NCBI RefSeq assembly: GCF_009914755.1
Contig: NC_060927.1
Source of the DNA: the human T2T-CHM13v2.0 reference genome, Homo sapiens
Length of the DNA: 64,000 bases
Reading direction: 5' to 3' (one strand)
In this document: positions 45,980 through 64,000 of the stretch, piece after piece
Layout: each line of letters begins with the position of its first letter
Position numbering within the stretch: position 1 is the first letter of the stretch
Made by a program: the position numbers and the translations under genes
Notes under the pieces: model-generated
What the model was told of the DNA's origin: nothing
The model's input: only the letters and a program-made list of their open reading frames with translations
Database searches by the model: none

Positions 45980-46510
45980 TACTAATAGATTAAATGATAC
46001 TGAACTCTTTAGCCATTTTAAATAATATGGTACAAGCTTTGAAAGTCATACACAACTCACATATCCATTTAAAAAATAAAACTGGCCGGCCATGGTGGCT
46101 CACGCCTGTAATCCCAGCATTCTGGGAGGCTGAGACGGGTGGATCATCTGAGGTCAGGATTTCCACACCAGCCTGGCCAACATGGTGAAACCCCATCTCT
46201 AATAAGAAAATACAAAAATCAGCTGGGCGTGGTGGCTGGCGCCTGTAATCCCAGCTACTCAGGACGCTGAGGCAGGAGAATTGCTTGCACCCAGGACACA
46301 GAAGTTACAGTGAACCGAGACTGCACCACTGCACTCCAGCCTGGATGACAGAACAAGACCCCATCTAAACAAACAAACAAACAAACAAACAAATAAATAA
46401 ATAAATAAAATAAGACTAACTCTTATCAGAATTATTCCTTCTTCATTCATCTTCATTCATTCATTCCCACCACAAAACCAGAAATAAAAAACAAACATTA
46501 AAGTGTTCAC

Positions 46511-46645
46511 CTGTATGAGTTCCAGACAGGTAAGTTTCTGCTCCAAAGTTTCAATTCTAACCATTAGCCGGGATAAGCTGAGCACCTGGTTTTTATCAGA
46601 GAGACCCTCACCATTTTCCATCAGAGCTTCTAGCTCTCCATCCAC
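46511..46645 (-). CDS. SETD2: SETD2 exon 10 (135 nt, phase 0-0): VDGELEALMENGEG...LTCLELIQ
   Basis: ORF track 46457..46645; acceptor gtggtag|GTG, donor CAG|gtgaac. Confidence 0.97.
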
Positions 46646-47008
46646 CTACCACAGCAAATAAAAATACCTTTTTATAAAACAACAACAACAAAAAAAAAAA
46701 CCAAAAACCCAAAAAGTTGCTCAACCTTATCAATTATCAGGAAAACACAAATGAAGACCAAACTGGGAAAGTACTAGACTGGGGGAAAAAGTTAAGAAGG
46801 CTGATAATAATAAGTCTACTGTTGATGAAAGTATAAAGTGGTATAATACATTTGAAATGCATTTCATTCACTCATCAAATACGTAGCAAGAACTTATTAT
46901 ATGAGTCAAGTATAATTCTAGGTGGAGATCTGCAATGAGCCAAAACAGAAAAACCTGCCCTTATGGGAGACCATGAACAAATTACATTAAACCAAAAGGA
47001 CTTCAGAG

Positions 47009-47147
47009 ATCCTTTATGGTTCATAAATATGATGAATGGGTTTTCACGCTGCTGTGTGAGATATATCTCCTTCAAACTTATATAATTTATATGTTATAAT
47101 ATATAATGACCTTTTTATGATGTCAGCATATGAATGACCCAGCTGAT
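47009..47147 (+). pseudogene. Degenerate U13 (SNORD13) snoRNA retrocopy with an AT-rich insertion
   Basis: atcctttatggttcataaatatgatgaatgggttttcacgctgctgtgtgagat...tatgatgtcagcatatgaatgacccagctga aligns by eye with recalled U13 (atccttttgtagttcatgagcgtgatgattgggtgttcat...gtgtgagatg...attacccgtctga); box C and box D remnants. Confidence 0.8.
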
Positions 47148-48206
47148 AGGGGCCGGGTGCTTCAGAAAAAAATAAAGCATTAGCCTGAAAAATAAAATAG
47201 TTGTATCCCCATGCACAGAAATTCTACTTATCAGAATAAACTGTAGAGAAATTCTGCACATGTGTACCTGGAGATTCATAAGAATGTTCATTGAAGCAAT
47301 ATTTATAATAGCAAAAAATTGCCAACAACCCAAATATCTGTACAAGTTGGATAAACGGCCATGTTCACTCAATGAAATATAATACTACAGTGAAAGGAAT
47401 CAAGTACAGCCAAATGCAACAACATCCATCAATCTTAAAAATATGTCATTAAGAAAAAGCAAGTTCCAAAGAATTACATGCTATATGAATCCATTTTTAT
47501 GCACCTCAAAGCTGAACTTTTTAGTGATACATATGTGAAAAACTGCTTTTAAACAGGCAAGGATGACCGGGCATGGTGGCTCACACTTGTAATCTCAGCA
47601 CTTTGAAAGGCTGAGGCAGGAAGATGACTTGAGCTCAGGAGTTTAAGACCAGCCTGGGCAACACAGCCAGACTTCATCTCTACTAAAAATCAAAAAAATT
47701 AGCCAGGTGTGGTAGCATGTGTCTATAGTCTCAGCTATTCAGGAGGCTGAGGCAGAAGGATCACCTGAGCCTGGGAAATTGAGGCTACAGTGAGTTATAA
47801 TTTTGCCACTGCACTCCAGCCTGGGTGACACAGTGAAATCCTGTCTCAAAAAAAGGCAAGGAAGTAAGACCCAAAATGTACAACAGTGGTAACCTCTAGG
47901 TAGGGAGAAGGAAGCAGAGAAGCACTAACAAGGATTTTATAATTATGCTTTGTAACATATATATTCTTTAAGTATTTTAAATATTAAATGTAAATAACGG
48001 GGGGTGGGAATCAACCTACCAAAGGTTATTTCCAGCCCTGCATTATGGCAGTTACAGGACATAAAGATTCTTTCAAAGAATTTATTATGGGTGAGATTAA
48101 ATTAATTCATATGAAACCAAACAAGGAAGCATTAACTGCAAATGTTACATAGAACTAAGAGGCCTACATAAGGGAGTAATTAGAATGAGTCACTGAAATA
48201 AGATTA

Positions 48207-48770
<564 letters not shown>

Positions 48771-49808
48771 TCAAAATGGATTATTATTTTTTTATTTTTT
48801 ATTTTTTTGAGATGGAGTTTCGCTCTGTCGCCCAGACTGGAGTGCAGTGGCGCGGATCTCAGCTCACCGCAACCTCCACCTCCCAGGTTCAAGTGATTCT
48901 CCTGCCTCAGCCTCCTGACTAGCTGGGACTACAGGCCCGTGCCACCATATCCAGCTAATTTTTTGTATTTTTAGTAGAGACAGGGTTTCACCATGTTAGC
49001 CAGGATGGTCTCGATCTCCTGATCTTGTGATCTGCCCGCCTCAGCCTCCCAAAGTGCTAGGATTATAGCCGTGAGCCACTGCGCCCAGCCCAAAGTGGAA
49101 CTTGATAATAATTTGTGCGGCAATAACAGAATAAAATTCAGATAAGCTAGAGACTAAGGAGAAGACAGGTAACATTACAACTTAGCAGGAAATGATGAAA
49201 GTCTAGAATGAAATGATTCAGAGAAAAGCAAGCTAAAAGGAAAGAATCTTAAGAAAATTTTCTATTACTTTTTTCTTTTACTTAACTAGCTATTTATCCC
49301 TTAATATAATTTCAGGCAAGGCACTGAACATTTTTATTTCATATTGTACCCAAAAATTCACATTCTGGTAAAGAACAAGAATAAATGAGAAAAAATAAAG
49401 TGCTGCCTGAGAGAGGTTGTAGAAACTCAAACCCATTTTTCTTTCTAAAATGTACATTTAAGGCTCATTCTTTTTCATTTCCAATACCACTTAAGTTTTT
49501 GAGTAAATACATGAACAGAAAAACCAATTTAAAGTTGTCTTAATCCAAGAAAGACAATTTCATTAAAGATATCTTTTCCTTGCATATCCTAAATGTAAGC
49601 CTTCCTGTGTCCCAAATTCTACGGTATTAGATGAGTTCAAGGGCTTTAAAATTCTACTTTCCCCCTCAACTGTAACAGCCAGAATACTGCTTTTGACAGA
49701 TTTTTGAGACGAAAATATTCACAGGGCTAAAAAATGAGATATTTTCAGCCAGACACAGTGGCTCACACCTGTAATCCCAGCACTTGAGAGGCCAAGGCGG
49801 ACAGATCA

Positions 49809-50054
<246 letters not shown>

Positions 50055-50164
50055 TCAGGAGGCTGTGGCAGGAGAATCACTTGAGCGCGGGAGGCGGAGG
50101 TTACAGTGAGCCAAGATCGTGCCACTGTACTCTAGCCTGGGCGACAGAGCAAGACTCTGTCTCA

Positions 50165-50422
<258 letters not shown>

Positions 50423-51159
50423 TTATTTACATTCATTCAATAACATTTATTGAATAGATATTGTGTAAGGCATTTCCAGGATATAAAGAAAATCACGTTC
50501 TAACTAAAGAAAAATAAACCGTAAAAACGCAGAAACTGCAGTATAAATTAAGTTTTGCAAACAAAATAAAGATGAATAACCCTTGAACATTCCTCAGCGG
50601 TTATACTGTAACACACATACACATAAATGCATGCCAATTCCAGTGGTGATAATACAGCTTCCCTAATTTTGGGTGCTCAAGCATAGCAATCAATTGTGCA
50701 ATAACTTTTAGGGTACCTGGGAGACAGAGGTGGGAAGACTGAGTTTGTCTCCCTTCCTTTCAATTAAATTACATTTACTAAAAGTCTTAGATTTTATGTA
50801 TGGGTCAACATCATCCAAGAATATGAGGTAAGTAACTAAAAGTAAACATAAATGTAAGAATGATTAGGGTGTATTTTTAAATTATTGATAAACTGAAAAT
50901 TTATATATATTAAATATATATTTATACATTATATATTTATCTGTAATTTATAGATAGTATATATTTACTATATATAGTGCATATATATGCACAATTCTAT
51001 AGTACTTGAAAATGTATTAAGTACCTAATCATTGCAAGATACTATTTTTTAATACTTGAATATTTGTGGCACTAAGGGGTCTAAGTAGCATTTTAAATAC
51101 TTCTTGATGGAATACAACATACAGTATGCAGAATACACATATAGACAGAAATATATAAA

Positions 51160-52520
<1,361 letters not shown>

Positions 52521-53576
52521 AAATTATTATTGATTTGTTTCAAAAACTCAAACAATAGAGACTAAGGGAAGTTTCAGATTATTTTCTGTTCGTACCATAA
52601 ACTACAAATAACATCAGGTCATAGTAGGGACATATTATACTTCCATCAAGTAAGTAAGTACTTAAGTACCCAGTGTGTGACATAGCCAAAGATAATCACC
52701 TGTCCTGGAAGAGCTTATAGTTTGGTTAAGGAAAGAAGCTGTATACAGATGCAATCATAAGAACAAGGATAAAAAATGTTTAGCAATCAAGGGGTAACAT
52801 GAGGGATGTGGATTATAGTGCAATCATTATTAACATCTTCTTGTCAACAGTTTATACATGCAAAACTGCATTCTGAACTGCTAGCTATCTTGTCCTTTCC
52901 ATGGCATCCTTTACCCAAGAAATTCCCAAGGCTCAACCTTGTGAGTTCAAACAGTTGAATTCTGTGATTCTGCTTCTGTGATTCTGCTCAACTGTAACTG
53001 ACCAAAACTCAGAATCCAGGCATGCAAAAAAGAAATTTCTGCAGCAGATAATCCAAGTAAAATTAAAGTACAATTAACCTCTGCATTAGAGTCAAGGGCA
53101 AATGATCTTTCACATCATTCTAGGAACCTAGGTTCATTCTGGGATATTCCTCTATCTGGGCAAAGTTTCATATAAAACATCATTGTTCCGGAATAACTTC
53201 AAATTCATATCTGGAGCAACCGATGACTGTAGCCTATGGAATGACTGGATACAAGTTACATCTAATTCAGTCCAAAGGCACTAAGACCTATCCTGAAATT
53301 GGCACACTATTACCTGAATACAACCAACCAACCAATGACAGAAATATCTAGTCCTTAGTTCTTCAGAGTTATCCTTAAATCTTCTCAGAAAGGTAAAAAG
53401 CCACCTAATGGAGGTATGATACAGATATAATGCCACCTCTTAATCCATAGTAAGGTCACTTCTCATCAATAAATTAGTTTTAAAAATGTGTTTATTCTGT
53501 AAGTTTTGAAAATAGGAAACAGCCATTGGGAAGTTTTTCTTTTTGTTATTTTTTTAGATGGAGTTTTGCTCTGTAG

Positions 53577-53771
<195 letters not shown>

Positions 53772-56342
53772 TGATCTGCCTGCCTCAGCCTCCCAAAGGG
53801 CTGAGATTACAGGCGTGAGCCACCGTGCCTGGCCTGGAAAGTTTTTATGGAGATACTAGTTTAGGTCAACATGTTTAATAACTACTTTGTGGTTGCTCTG
53901 GTAAACCATGAATTATATGAAACAAGAGTTAACAACAAAAGCAATCTAATGGAGTTTAAAGAAAAATGTCCGGTAGTCAAGTGAAGAAAGCTAACAGACT
54001 AGGTATGACCCAGTGACTACACTTCCATAGATAAATCTTAAAGAAACATGTGCAAAAGAGACATGTGCAAAGATACTAACTTTGAAATTAATAGCAAAAA
54101 TTGGAAACATAAGTATCCATCAGTAGGAAAATATGTCAATAAACTGTTACATGATGAAAAAAAAAAAGAAAAACTTTCAAATGACCATCATGCAGAAGTT
54201 GAGAAAAAAAAAGAAAAAAATTACAGCAATTAGAAATAAATGTTCATCTACATATATGAATACAGATCAAATTCAAAAATAAGAGTAAAAAATGCACACA
54301 AATACATCTATATTATCTCATTTCTTTTTCTTTTTTAATAGAGATGAGGTCTCACTATATTGCCTAGGATGGTCTTGCACTCCTGGGCTCAAGCTATCCT
54401 CCCGCCTTGGCCTCCCAAAGTGCTGGGATTATAAGCAAGAGCCACCACGCCCAGCTATATTTTACCATTTCTAAAAACTTTTAAAATGCCACACAAAACA
54501 ATATGTTCTAAAATGCAGAAACATCTATTGTTATGGCCATAGTTGCCTCAAAGGTAGGAGGGGACTCCACTCTACAGTTTAACTGTAGTTTAACACAATG
54601 GTTAAGAGCAGAGACAAGATGCTGGATTGGAGCTTATTTCCACCACCTATTTGGGTGACACTATAATCTCTCTGTGCCTTAGTGTGTTCTTAACTGTAAA
54701 AAAGGAAAGATCATTACCTAATTTATGAGCTTATTGTGAGAATTAAATGAGCTAATACATCAAGTGCTTAGAAAAGTGCTTGGCATAAAGTTACACTATA
54801 TATGCTATCTAAAAAGAGGGCTGAAGGCTGGGTGTGGTAGCTCATGCCTGTAATCCCAGCACTTTGGGAGGCCAAGGCGAGAGGATCACTTGAGCCCAGG
54901 AGTTTGAAGCTGCAGTGAGCTATGAATGCATCACTGAATTCCAGCCTAAGCAACAGAATGAGATTTTGCCTCAAAAAAAAAAAAGGGGGCTGGGCACTGT
55001 GGCTCATGCCTGTAATCCCAGCACTTTGGGAGGCCAAGGTGAGAGGATCACTTGAGCCAGGAGTTCGAGGCTGCAGTGAGCTGTGATCACTCTACTGTAC
55101 TCTGGCCTGTGGAACAGTGCGAGACCTTGTCTCAAAAAAAAAACAAAGCCGAACCATTTGAAAATATATACATTTTTTAAAAGAGAGAGAGAGAAAGAAA
55201 GAGCTAAAGAACACATGACATTCCAATGCATTTGTTCATGTTGGGTGGTGGAAATACAGGTGTTTGTTATATAAACTGTCCTTTTCTGCTTTTTTTAACG
55301 GACCTTTCCAATGCTTTTTTTAACTTTTTTTAACTGAATCTTCTTACAGAATTCAGATTCTTAATACTTAATTCCCTCAAATTAATTTGTGCTCAATTGA
55401 TGTTACCTTTTAACCATTATACTCTCATCACCTCCCTCATGTCTTTTTCTATCTCCCCATCTAAACAGAAAAATTGCTGTCATCTATAGTTCTTATGAGT
55501 ATTAAGTTCCTGAAAAGTCCAGGAATGAGCTAACTGCAAAAGAATCACAGGGGAATTTGCTGACTAACACCGGTAAACCCTCAGCCCTTCCACTAAGATT
55601 CACAGATCTAGAGAGTAGCCCAAAAATGTGCATTTTTACTATGGATCCAGCCAGCTGGTTCTAAAGAAAGTGATCCAAGGATCACATTTTTGAAAAACAG
55701 TGCTCTAGCAAAGGGATCCTCAAAAAAGGGAGGAGAATATTTTTTTAAACACAAAGTCCTTTTTGCAATTGATAGCCCCTTTAGTAACAGGATATTCCCC
55801 ACCAACAATCCCATCCCCATCCCAGGAGTAACTCAGGCAAGACAGGGTACAAAATGAGGCTATCAACTGCTGTTTCATTAAATAAAAAGAGCATCTGTGA
55901 CTACTCCTGTTGGTCTTAGGTTACCTACTTCCTCTCAAAACTTTTCTCACACTCAAAAGAGGATTTTCAGAGATTTGAAGAACACTCAAAGTTTAGAGTA
56001 CCAAACAAAGACAAACCAATAACAAGAGATTAGAAACGTACAGCAGACATAGTGAGCTATCAGGGAGAAAAGATATGTTTTACTTGTACTTAGGAGTTTT
56101 AAAGAATCTGAAAAACTATTAGTCCAGGTGTTTTCAATAATACTTTAATAGTTCTCAGTACCCAATTCCAATCTCTATGAATCTGAAATAAAAATAGCAA
56201 TTGCATCTCTTTTCTGGTAACAACTCATCTGATCTTGGATTTCTCTGGTGGCAGTAGTATGACTTTATAACCTTCAATCAGAAAAGCCACCTCGCTTTTT
56301 AAATTTTTTATTGTGAAAGTTGAAAGAAAAATGCAAACTTAC

Positions 56343-56469
56343 TGAATCCTTCTTACGAGATCGTTCCTTCTTCATTTTCCCTCCTGCTGCTCTGATGCTG
56401 ACTCTGTTTTCTCCTCCCAGGTAACCCCGGCAATTGGCTGATCCGCAGAAACATTTCTGGGCTTCTTTT
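56343..56469 (-). CDS. SETD2: SETD2 exon 9 (127 nt, phase 2-0): post-SET KEAQKCFCGSANCRGYLGG...RKKDS
   Basis: ORF track 56274..56477; CxCx4C post-SET motif; acceptor tttgaacag|A, donor TCA|gtaagt. Confidence 0.98.
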
Positions 56470-56958
56470 CTGTTCAAAGAGCATAGGAAAGAAGTCAGCT
56501 ATGTGGAAGTAAACCATACAAAACTGTTGGCAATACACACAAAAGTCATACCAGTCTAAACAAAATCAAACAAACAAAAACCATAACTTGAAGAGATTCC
56601 AACAAGTCTGCTATTACTAATAGAAATGTCTGAAAACTGCTCTTTAAAAATATTCATTATTTTTCCAATCATCTTTCTTTGGGAGACAAAACTAGCCAAG
56701 AAATAAACAATTCTTCCATTTTATGAGAATACCTAGTAATATGAAAATAAGAGATCATATACATGTTTGGATTAAGAATAAAATTGCTTAAATAGTTCAG
56801 AGAACTATTACTTATATGTAAATGTTTAATTGGCACATAGAACAAACAAACATGCATTAGTATAAGCAGACATAAAATGATTAATACAGGATACTTAAAA
56901 GGAAACATTTGATTATTAAAAGACTGGCTGGGCACAGTGGCTCACGACTGTAATGTCA

Positions 56959-57234
<276 letters not shown>

Positions 57235-58559
57235 TTAGGATATGATAGTGGCAATTAGAGGGATAAAAATAAATTGTTCAATAAGTAGAGCAGGAATTCC
57301 CAAACAGCACTTGATTTCCACTTTTCTTTCCCTCAGAGAGGACAATACAAGCACAGAGGCAAAAAAATGGAGCCCGACACAGAACCTGGTCTGCATTCAT
57401 GCCCTGAATATCTGACAAGAGAAGCAGACAGAATCGGAAACAACCATCTGGCATTTGTCCTAGATTATAATCAGATCATCAGTTTCAGAGTTCACTATGT
57501 TTAAGACATGAAGCATGTATGAAACAATGTGAAGGAGTATGTAAAAGACCTTCATTGCCAGAAGTCTGGTAACTGTCACCAGACTGAACAGAGTACAGGA
57601 ATTAAAACCTCATCATATGGTAGCATTAAAAGAATTAAAATATTCAGGAAACTCTGCAGCTGTGTGCTTTTCTAGCATAAACACCAAAAGCTACTAATTG
57701 ATATAGGTATAATCTGAAAAAAATAAAATAAAAACTTTTAGGGTTTTGTATCTTACTTAAATTTTCCAATATTTTAATTGTACTGGTTTCTTAATAATCA
57801 GAAAGTATCTTGCATAGGTCACTGGTCCTAAAGACCCAAAGAAGATAGACTGTTTCACGGGTAATGTTGTGTTCTTTCATTATGAGGCACACATTAGTTG
57901 TCTTTTTCTGATATTAGCGGCCACTAATGACCACTGTTTAGGACCCATACCTTACTAAGTGTTGCAAAATGGTGATATTTTTACTACTTAATTTAGTTTT
58001 ATCTTTTTGTTTTCTGAGACAGGGTCTTGTGCTATGGCCCAGGCTGGACTGTAGTAGCAAGGTCATGCCTCCCTGCAGCCTCAATGTCCTAGGCTCAAGT
58101 GATCCTCCCACCTCACCCTCCTGAGTAGCTGGGACTATAAGCATGCACCACTCACCTACTACTACATTTATTAACTGGAAGACTTGTACAAAGAAAAACT
58201 TCTTCTCATCAACTATTTGGTTTAACCTAAAGCAGAAGTCACTTGAGAAAGGCAGAATAAATGTTTAAATGCTTAATTTTTTTCCTTTTTTATTTTTAAA
58301 CTAGTCTTCAAAGTCATGAATTGGTTGACTAATATACCTTTTTTTTTTTTTGCTTTTTTGTTTTTGTTTTGTTTTTTTCGAGACAGAGTCTTTCTCTGTG
58401 CCCAGGCTGGAGTGCAGTAGCACGATCTCAAGTGATTCTCCTGCCTCAGCCTCCGGAGTAGCTAGGATTACAGGCATGTGCCACCCCACCTGGCTATTTT
58501 TTGTATTCTTAGTAGAGACGGGGTTTCACCATGTGACCAGGCTGATCTCGAACTCTTGA

Positions 58560-58922
<363 letters not shown>

Positions 58923-59397
58923 TGACCCACTGCAACCAGCCTGTAGTTTTATTTTTAAGTAGTCATTAGAACACAGGGATTTTACATAATGTGCTTCAAA
59001 CCTCCTCAGTATCTTTATTAATGCTTCAGTGTTAATAAGAACTCTCACACTTTTTGCTTAGGCAGTCTTTGCTATTGCATCGGTTACTGTTTTTAGGAAA
59101 CAGAACTAGGTAACCAGGCCGGGCGCAGTGGCTCAAGCCTGTAATCCCAGCACTTTGGGAGGCAGAGGCGGGCGGATCACAAGGTCAGGAGATCAAGACC
59201 ATCCTGGCTAACACGGTGAAACCCTGTCTCTACTAAAAATACAAAAAATTAGCTGGGCGTGGTGGCGGGCGCCTGTAGTACCAGCTGCTCAGGAGGCTGA
59301 GGCAGGAGAACGGCATGAACCTGGGAGGCGGAGCTTGCAGTGAGCCAAGATCACGCCACTGCACTCTAGCCTGGGCGACAGAGCAAGAGTCCATCTC

Positions 59398-59428
<31 letters not shown>

Positions 59429-59843
59429 AGGTAACCAATTATATTTAAGAGTACAAAATGGTACAGATGAAATAGACTGGTTATGAGTTATGCTAACTGT
59501 TAATGCTGAATAACGGATACAGAGGAATTTATAATACTGTACTATTCTCTTCAGACACAAAAAGAGTTGGCATGTCTAAAGTTTTTCAGAATTACATAAG
59601 AAATATAATTATACAAGTAGACCATATGAAGTTGAGGAGAAAATTATACAGTTCCTGTACAACATCCCTTAAGGGTCAGAAGTGTCATACAGTAGAAAAA
59701 CACACAAAACCAAAACAATATCTTATAGATAAGAGTTAAGAGTAAATATAACTTTTAAGTAATTTATATTAAAGTTTTATATCCTTATATCTGAACAGCC
59801 TATTTCCATCAGAAGCAGCAAAATTAGTAGAAACAATACTTAC

Positions 59844-59941
59844 CCATATCTCTGGAACTGATAGTCAAACGTTAACTCTGAGCCTGAAGGAACCAGTTTG
59901 GTGGTAAAAAACCCAACCCTCAGTTGTCCGTTCACAGTCCA
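59844..59941 (-). CDS. SETD2: SETD2 exon 8 (98 nt, phase 0-2): WTVNGQLRVGFFTTKLVPSGSELTFDYQFQRYG, end of SET domain
   Basis: Acceptor catctcag|TGG, donor TGG|gtaagt; SET C-terminal ELTFDY motif; in frame with exon 7. Confidence 0.98.
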
Positions 59942-59980
59942 CTGAGATGATGTTTGAAAACAAAAGAAATTAGTAACTTA

Positions 59981-59983
<3 letters not shown>

Positions 59984-60022
<39 letters not shown>
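59984..60022. repeat. (GT)19-20 microsatellite, read as (CA)n on the SETD2 transcript
   Basis: Direct inspection. Confidence 0.95.
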
Positions 60023-60025
<3 letters not shown>

Positions 60026-61734
60026 ATATATAAAGATCATCATCATCTGCCTTAATTATGCAAGTGGGTCTTTAGGCAATGAAGGTTTTCCCAAATAGCA
60101 CATGGAGACTTTTTTCTTTAAAAGAACTAAAATATTTAAGTGTAACTCTCATTTAATGGACTACCAGATTGCATATATCTCTAATTCGTCTCTAATAAAA
60201 GTAACTGCTAAAAAAAAGAAAAAAAAGTAACTGCTATTTTAATTTATCTTAACATTTCCATACAGTAAAGATTCACTTGTACTAAAAATTGGCAAACAGA
60301 GGATGCTTGTGTCACTGAGTATCAAAGGCAAGTCTATATTAACATATGTTAAAAGTAACCATGTTGTAAGATAAGATGAGATATAGAAACTAGGAAACAC
60401 TGATCCCAAAAGTTTAATTCCATGAAGTGGTGGTCATCTGGCTGAGTATAGTGAAAGGGACATCAGAACAGATGCATAAGACTCAAGAATTAAAATGGGG
60501 GCAGATACATGTTAGGCAGATCTTTTAGTTCCAAAACATGTAAGCAAGTCAAGGACTGAGGAGCTCTGATCCAGACAATTTGCACATGTTACTAATGAAA
60601 ACTCTGGACTTGCAGAGATTAAGGGACACTGTACAGTGAGAGTCTCACAGCTAGACATGTGGCCACCAGCTCTGGCAGAACTATAACCAAAACCTAGGTT
60701 GAATGATTCCACAGTAGGTTCTCCTTTTTGTTATACAACTTGGCTCTTGGAAGAGCCATGCATAAAATCTATTAGTGTATAGTTCAAAGGGCAAAAAATA
60801 TCCAGACTCAAAAGTGCTATTTCAACATGAGAGGAAATCAATGATATACATTTGCAGAGCGGGTTCATAGCTTTAACCTTAAAAAGTTACAATCCCAGCT
60901 GGGTGCGGAGGCTCACGCCTATAATCTTAGCACTTTGGGAGGCTGACGGGGGTGGATCGCTTGAGGCCAGGAGTTCGAGACCAGCCTGGCCAACATGGCA
61001 AAACCCCGTCTCTACTAAAAATACTAAAAAAATTAGCTGGACGTGATGGCACGCACGTGTAATCCCAGCTACTTGGGAGGCTGAGGCAGGAGAATCGCAT
61101 GAATCCAGGAGGCGGAGGTTGCAGTGAGCCGAGATCATGTCACTGCGCTCCAGCCTGGGCAAAAAAAAAAAAAAAAAAAAAGATACAATCCCTCTCAATG
61201 TTAGTCCTTCAGTCCCTCATCAGTGTTATTAAAAGTCAAATGTTGCACCTAGATAAGACCTAATAAAGAATCCAAATACACACTGAACTTTCAAAATTAA
61301 AATTTAGTTTTGTATTTTGGCACCATTAAAATAATATACAAAATAATTATGGGCAAGGAAGGAGAGGTGACAACTAAATGCAATGTGAGTTCCTGGATTG
61401 GATCTTGGACCAGAAAAACAACAGCTGTCAAAATTGGAATACGGTCTTCATATTACTTAATAGCATTCTCTGGATCTGATCCTTTTATTATGGTTATATA
61501 TGATGTTAACATGGGGAAAGCTAGGTGAAGACTGATATATGGGTGTAGTCAATACTATTTTTCTAACATTCCTATAAATCTAAACCTATTTCCAAATAAA
61601 ATCTTAAATAATAAAGTAGAATAGGAAAAAGGGACTAAAAAATTCATGAGTACCTTAGATATGGGATCTAAAATTAATGGTCAGAACAGCAATCGTGAAC
61701 AAATACCTCAAACTCTAAATCCACCTCAACTTAC

Positions 61735-61812
61735 TTTTTGGGTTTCACAATTTGGTTCACAGCTGTGATTCATGAAACGAGAGCAATTTCCTTTTTGAGT
61801 GGCATCTATTAT
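61735..61812 (-). CDS. SETD2: SETD2 exon 7 (78 nt, phase 0-0): [29 protein letters not shown]-domain RFxNHSCxPN motif
   Basis: Manual translation; acceptor ttctcccag|ATA, donor AAA|gtaagt; SET signature [10 protein letters not shown]; Arg codon CGT at 61779-61777 (R1625 by recalled numbering). Confidence 0.98.
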
Positions 61813-62514
61813 CTGGGAGAAGAGGATCATTTAAGAATTAAAAAATAATACCTTAAATATTCATGCAATTACCTGCAAAACTACATACATCTCTTATGCA
61901 TCAATTAAAAAAAAGATTGTGCTGCGAAACCTAACCAGTTAAGGTAGGGCAGTGAGGCCTCCTGACTACCAGCTTCAAAGTTTTTCCACTGTAAACAATG
62001 GCTCAGTTTCCATTATTTCTAACTGAAGACAGATGACACTGTGAATTAAATTAACCCAATCAAAAAAAATTTACACATTTTACAAAGGAAAAGCATTAAG
62101 ACAAATGTAAGATACATGCAATGCACACGCACGCACACACACACACACACTCCCTTATCCCCACTTTGCCCTTGCTTCAGAGAACTGTCACACTGCTTCC
62201 CACTTCAAAGCAACAAATACCTAACTGATGCTTTTGGAAGATCTGCTAATTATTAACTTTTGCCCATAGGCAAAATTATCTTTATCAGTGTCTCTCCCAT
62301 TTATCCTTAGCCATTTCTTATATTCTATTACATCCTAATCTCACTGCATGGTATAATACTTCACTTTAAAGTGTGGGCTATGTCACAATGCCATAGGTCT
62401 CAACCTTGAGTGTGTATCCAAATCCCATGGAGAGTTTGTTAAAACTTGCTGAACCCATCCCTAGGGTTAAACTAAACAGCTCTGGGGTTAGGTCCCTAGA
62501 ATTTACATTTCCAC

Positions 62515-63860
<1,346 letters not shown>

Positions 63861-64000
63861 TAAAACACACTACGTTTATCTTTACATATATATATGTAAA
63901 TTCCTCTCTCTTCCATGTTTTTATTTTCTACCTTGTCATGCAACAGTAACTTCCACGCTTTTTGAAAACAAATAGACACTATTTATACTGCTCTGCCCCT

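Noticed and set aside
52961-52988. 14-bp tandem duplication tctgtgattctgct
   Set aside because: Ordinary slippage event with no associated signal

Overview
Human (or very close primate) genomic DNA from the interior of SETD2, the H3K36 trimethyltransferase gene on 3p21, transcribed on the minus strand. Eleven consecutive coding exons (canonical exons 7-17, about aa 1614-2413) were mapped by hand with GT-AG junctions and consistent phases. They cover the C-terminal SET domain, post-SET, the acidic and proline-rich regions and most of the WW domain. The haplotype carries Leu at codon 1962 (P1962L allele). Introns are Alu-dense (roughly 60-70 copies) and also hold Tigger, hAT-Charlie, MADE1, MaLR and L1/L2/MIR fossils plus a U13 snoRNA retrocopy. 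The most interesting observations are: (1) back-splicing of exons 14-15 would create a 414-codon ORF that uses all three frames; (2) exons 7-9 would form a stop-free circle; (3) an Alu-free ~4.7 kb stretch of intron 12 holds several strong cryptic, mostly stop-containing exons and a CpG-rich hairpin element; (4) a (CA)n tract abuts the exon 8 branch point; (5) retrotransposition scars create a cryptic acceptor and a sense poly(A) signal; (6) a hairpin minisatellite arose inside a Tigger3 element. Repeat subfamily calls and protein numbering are from memory, not from a database search.
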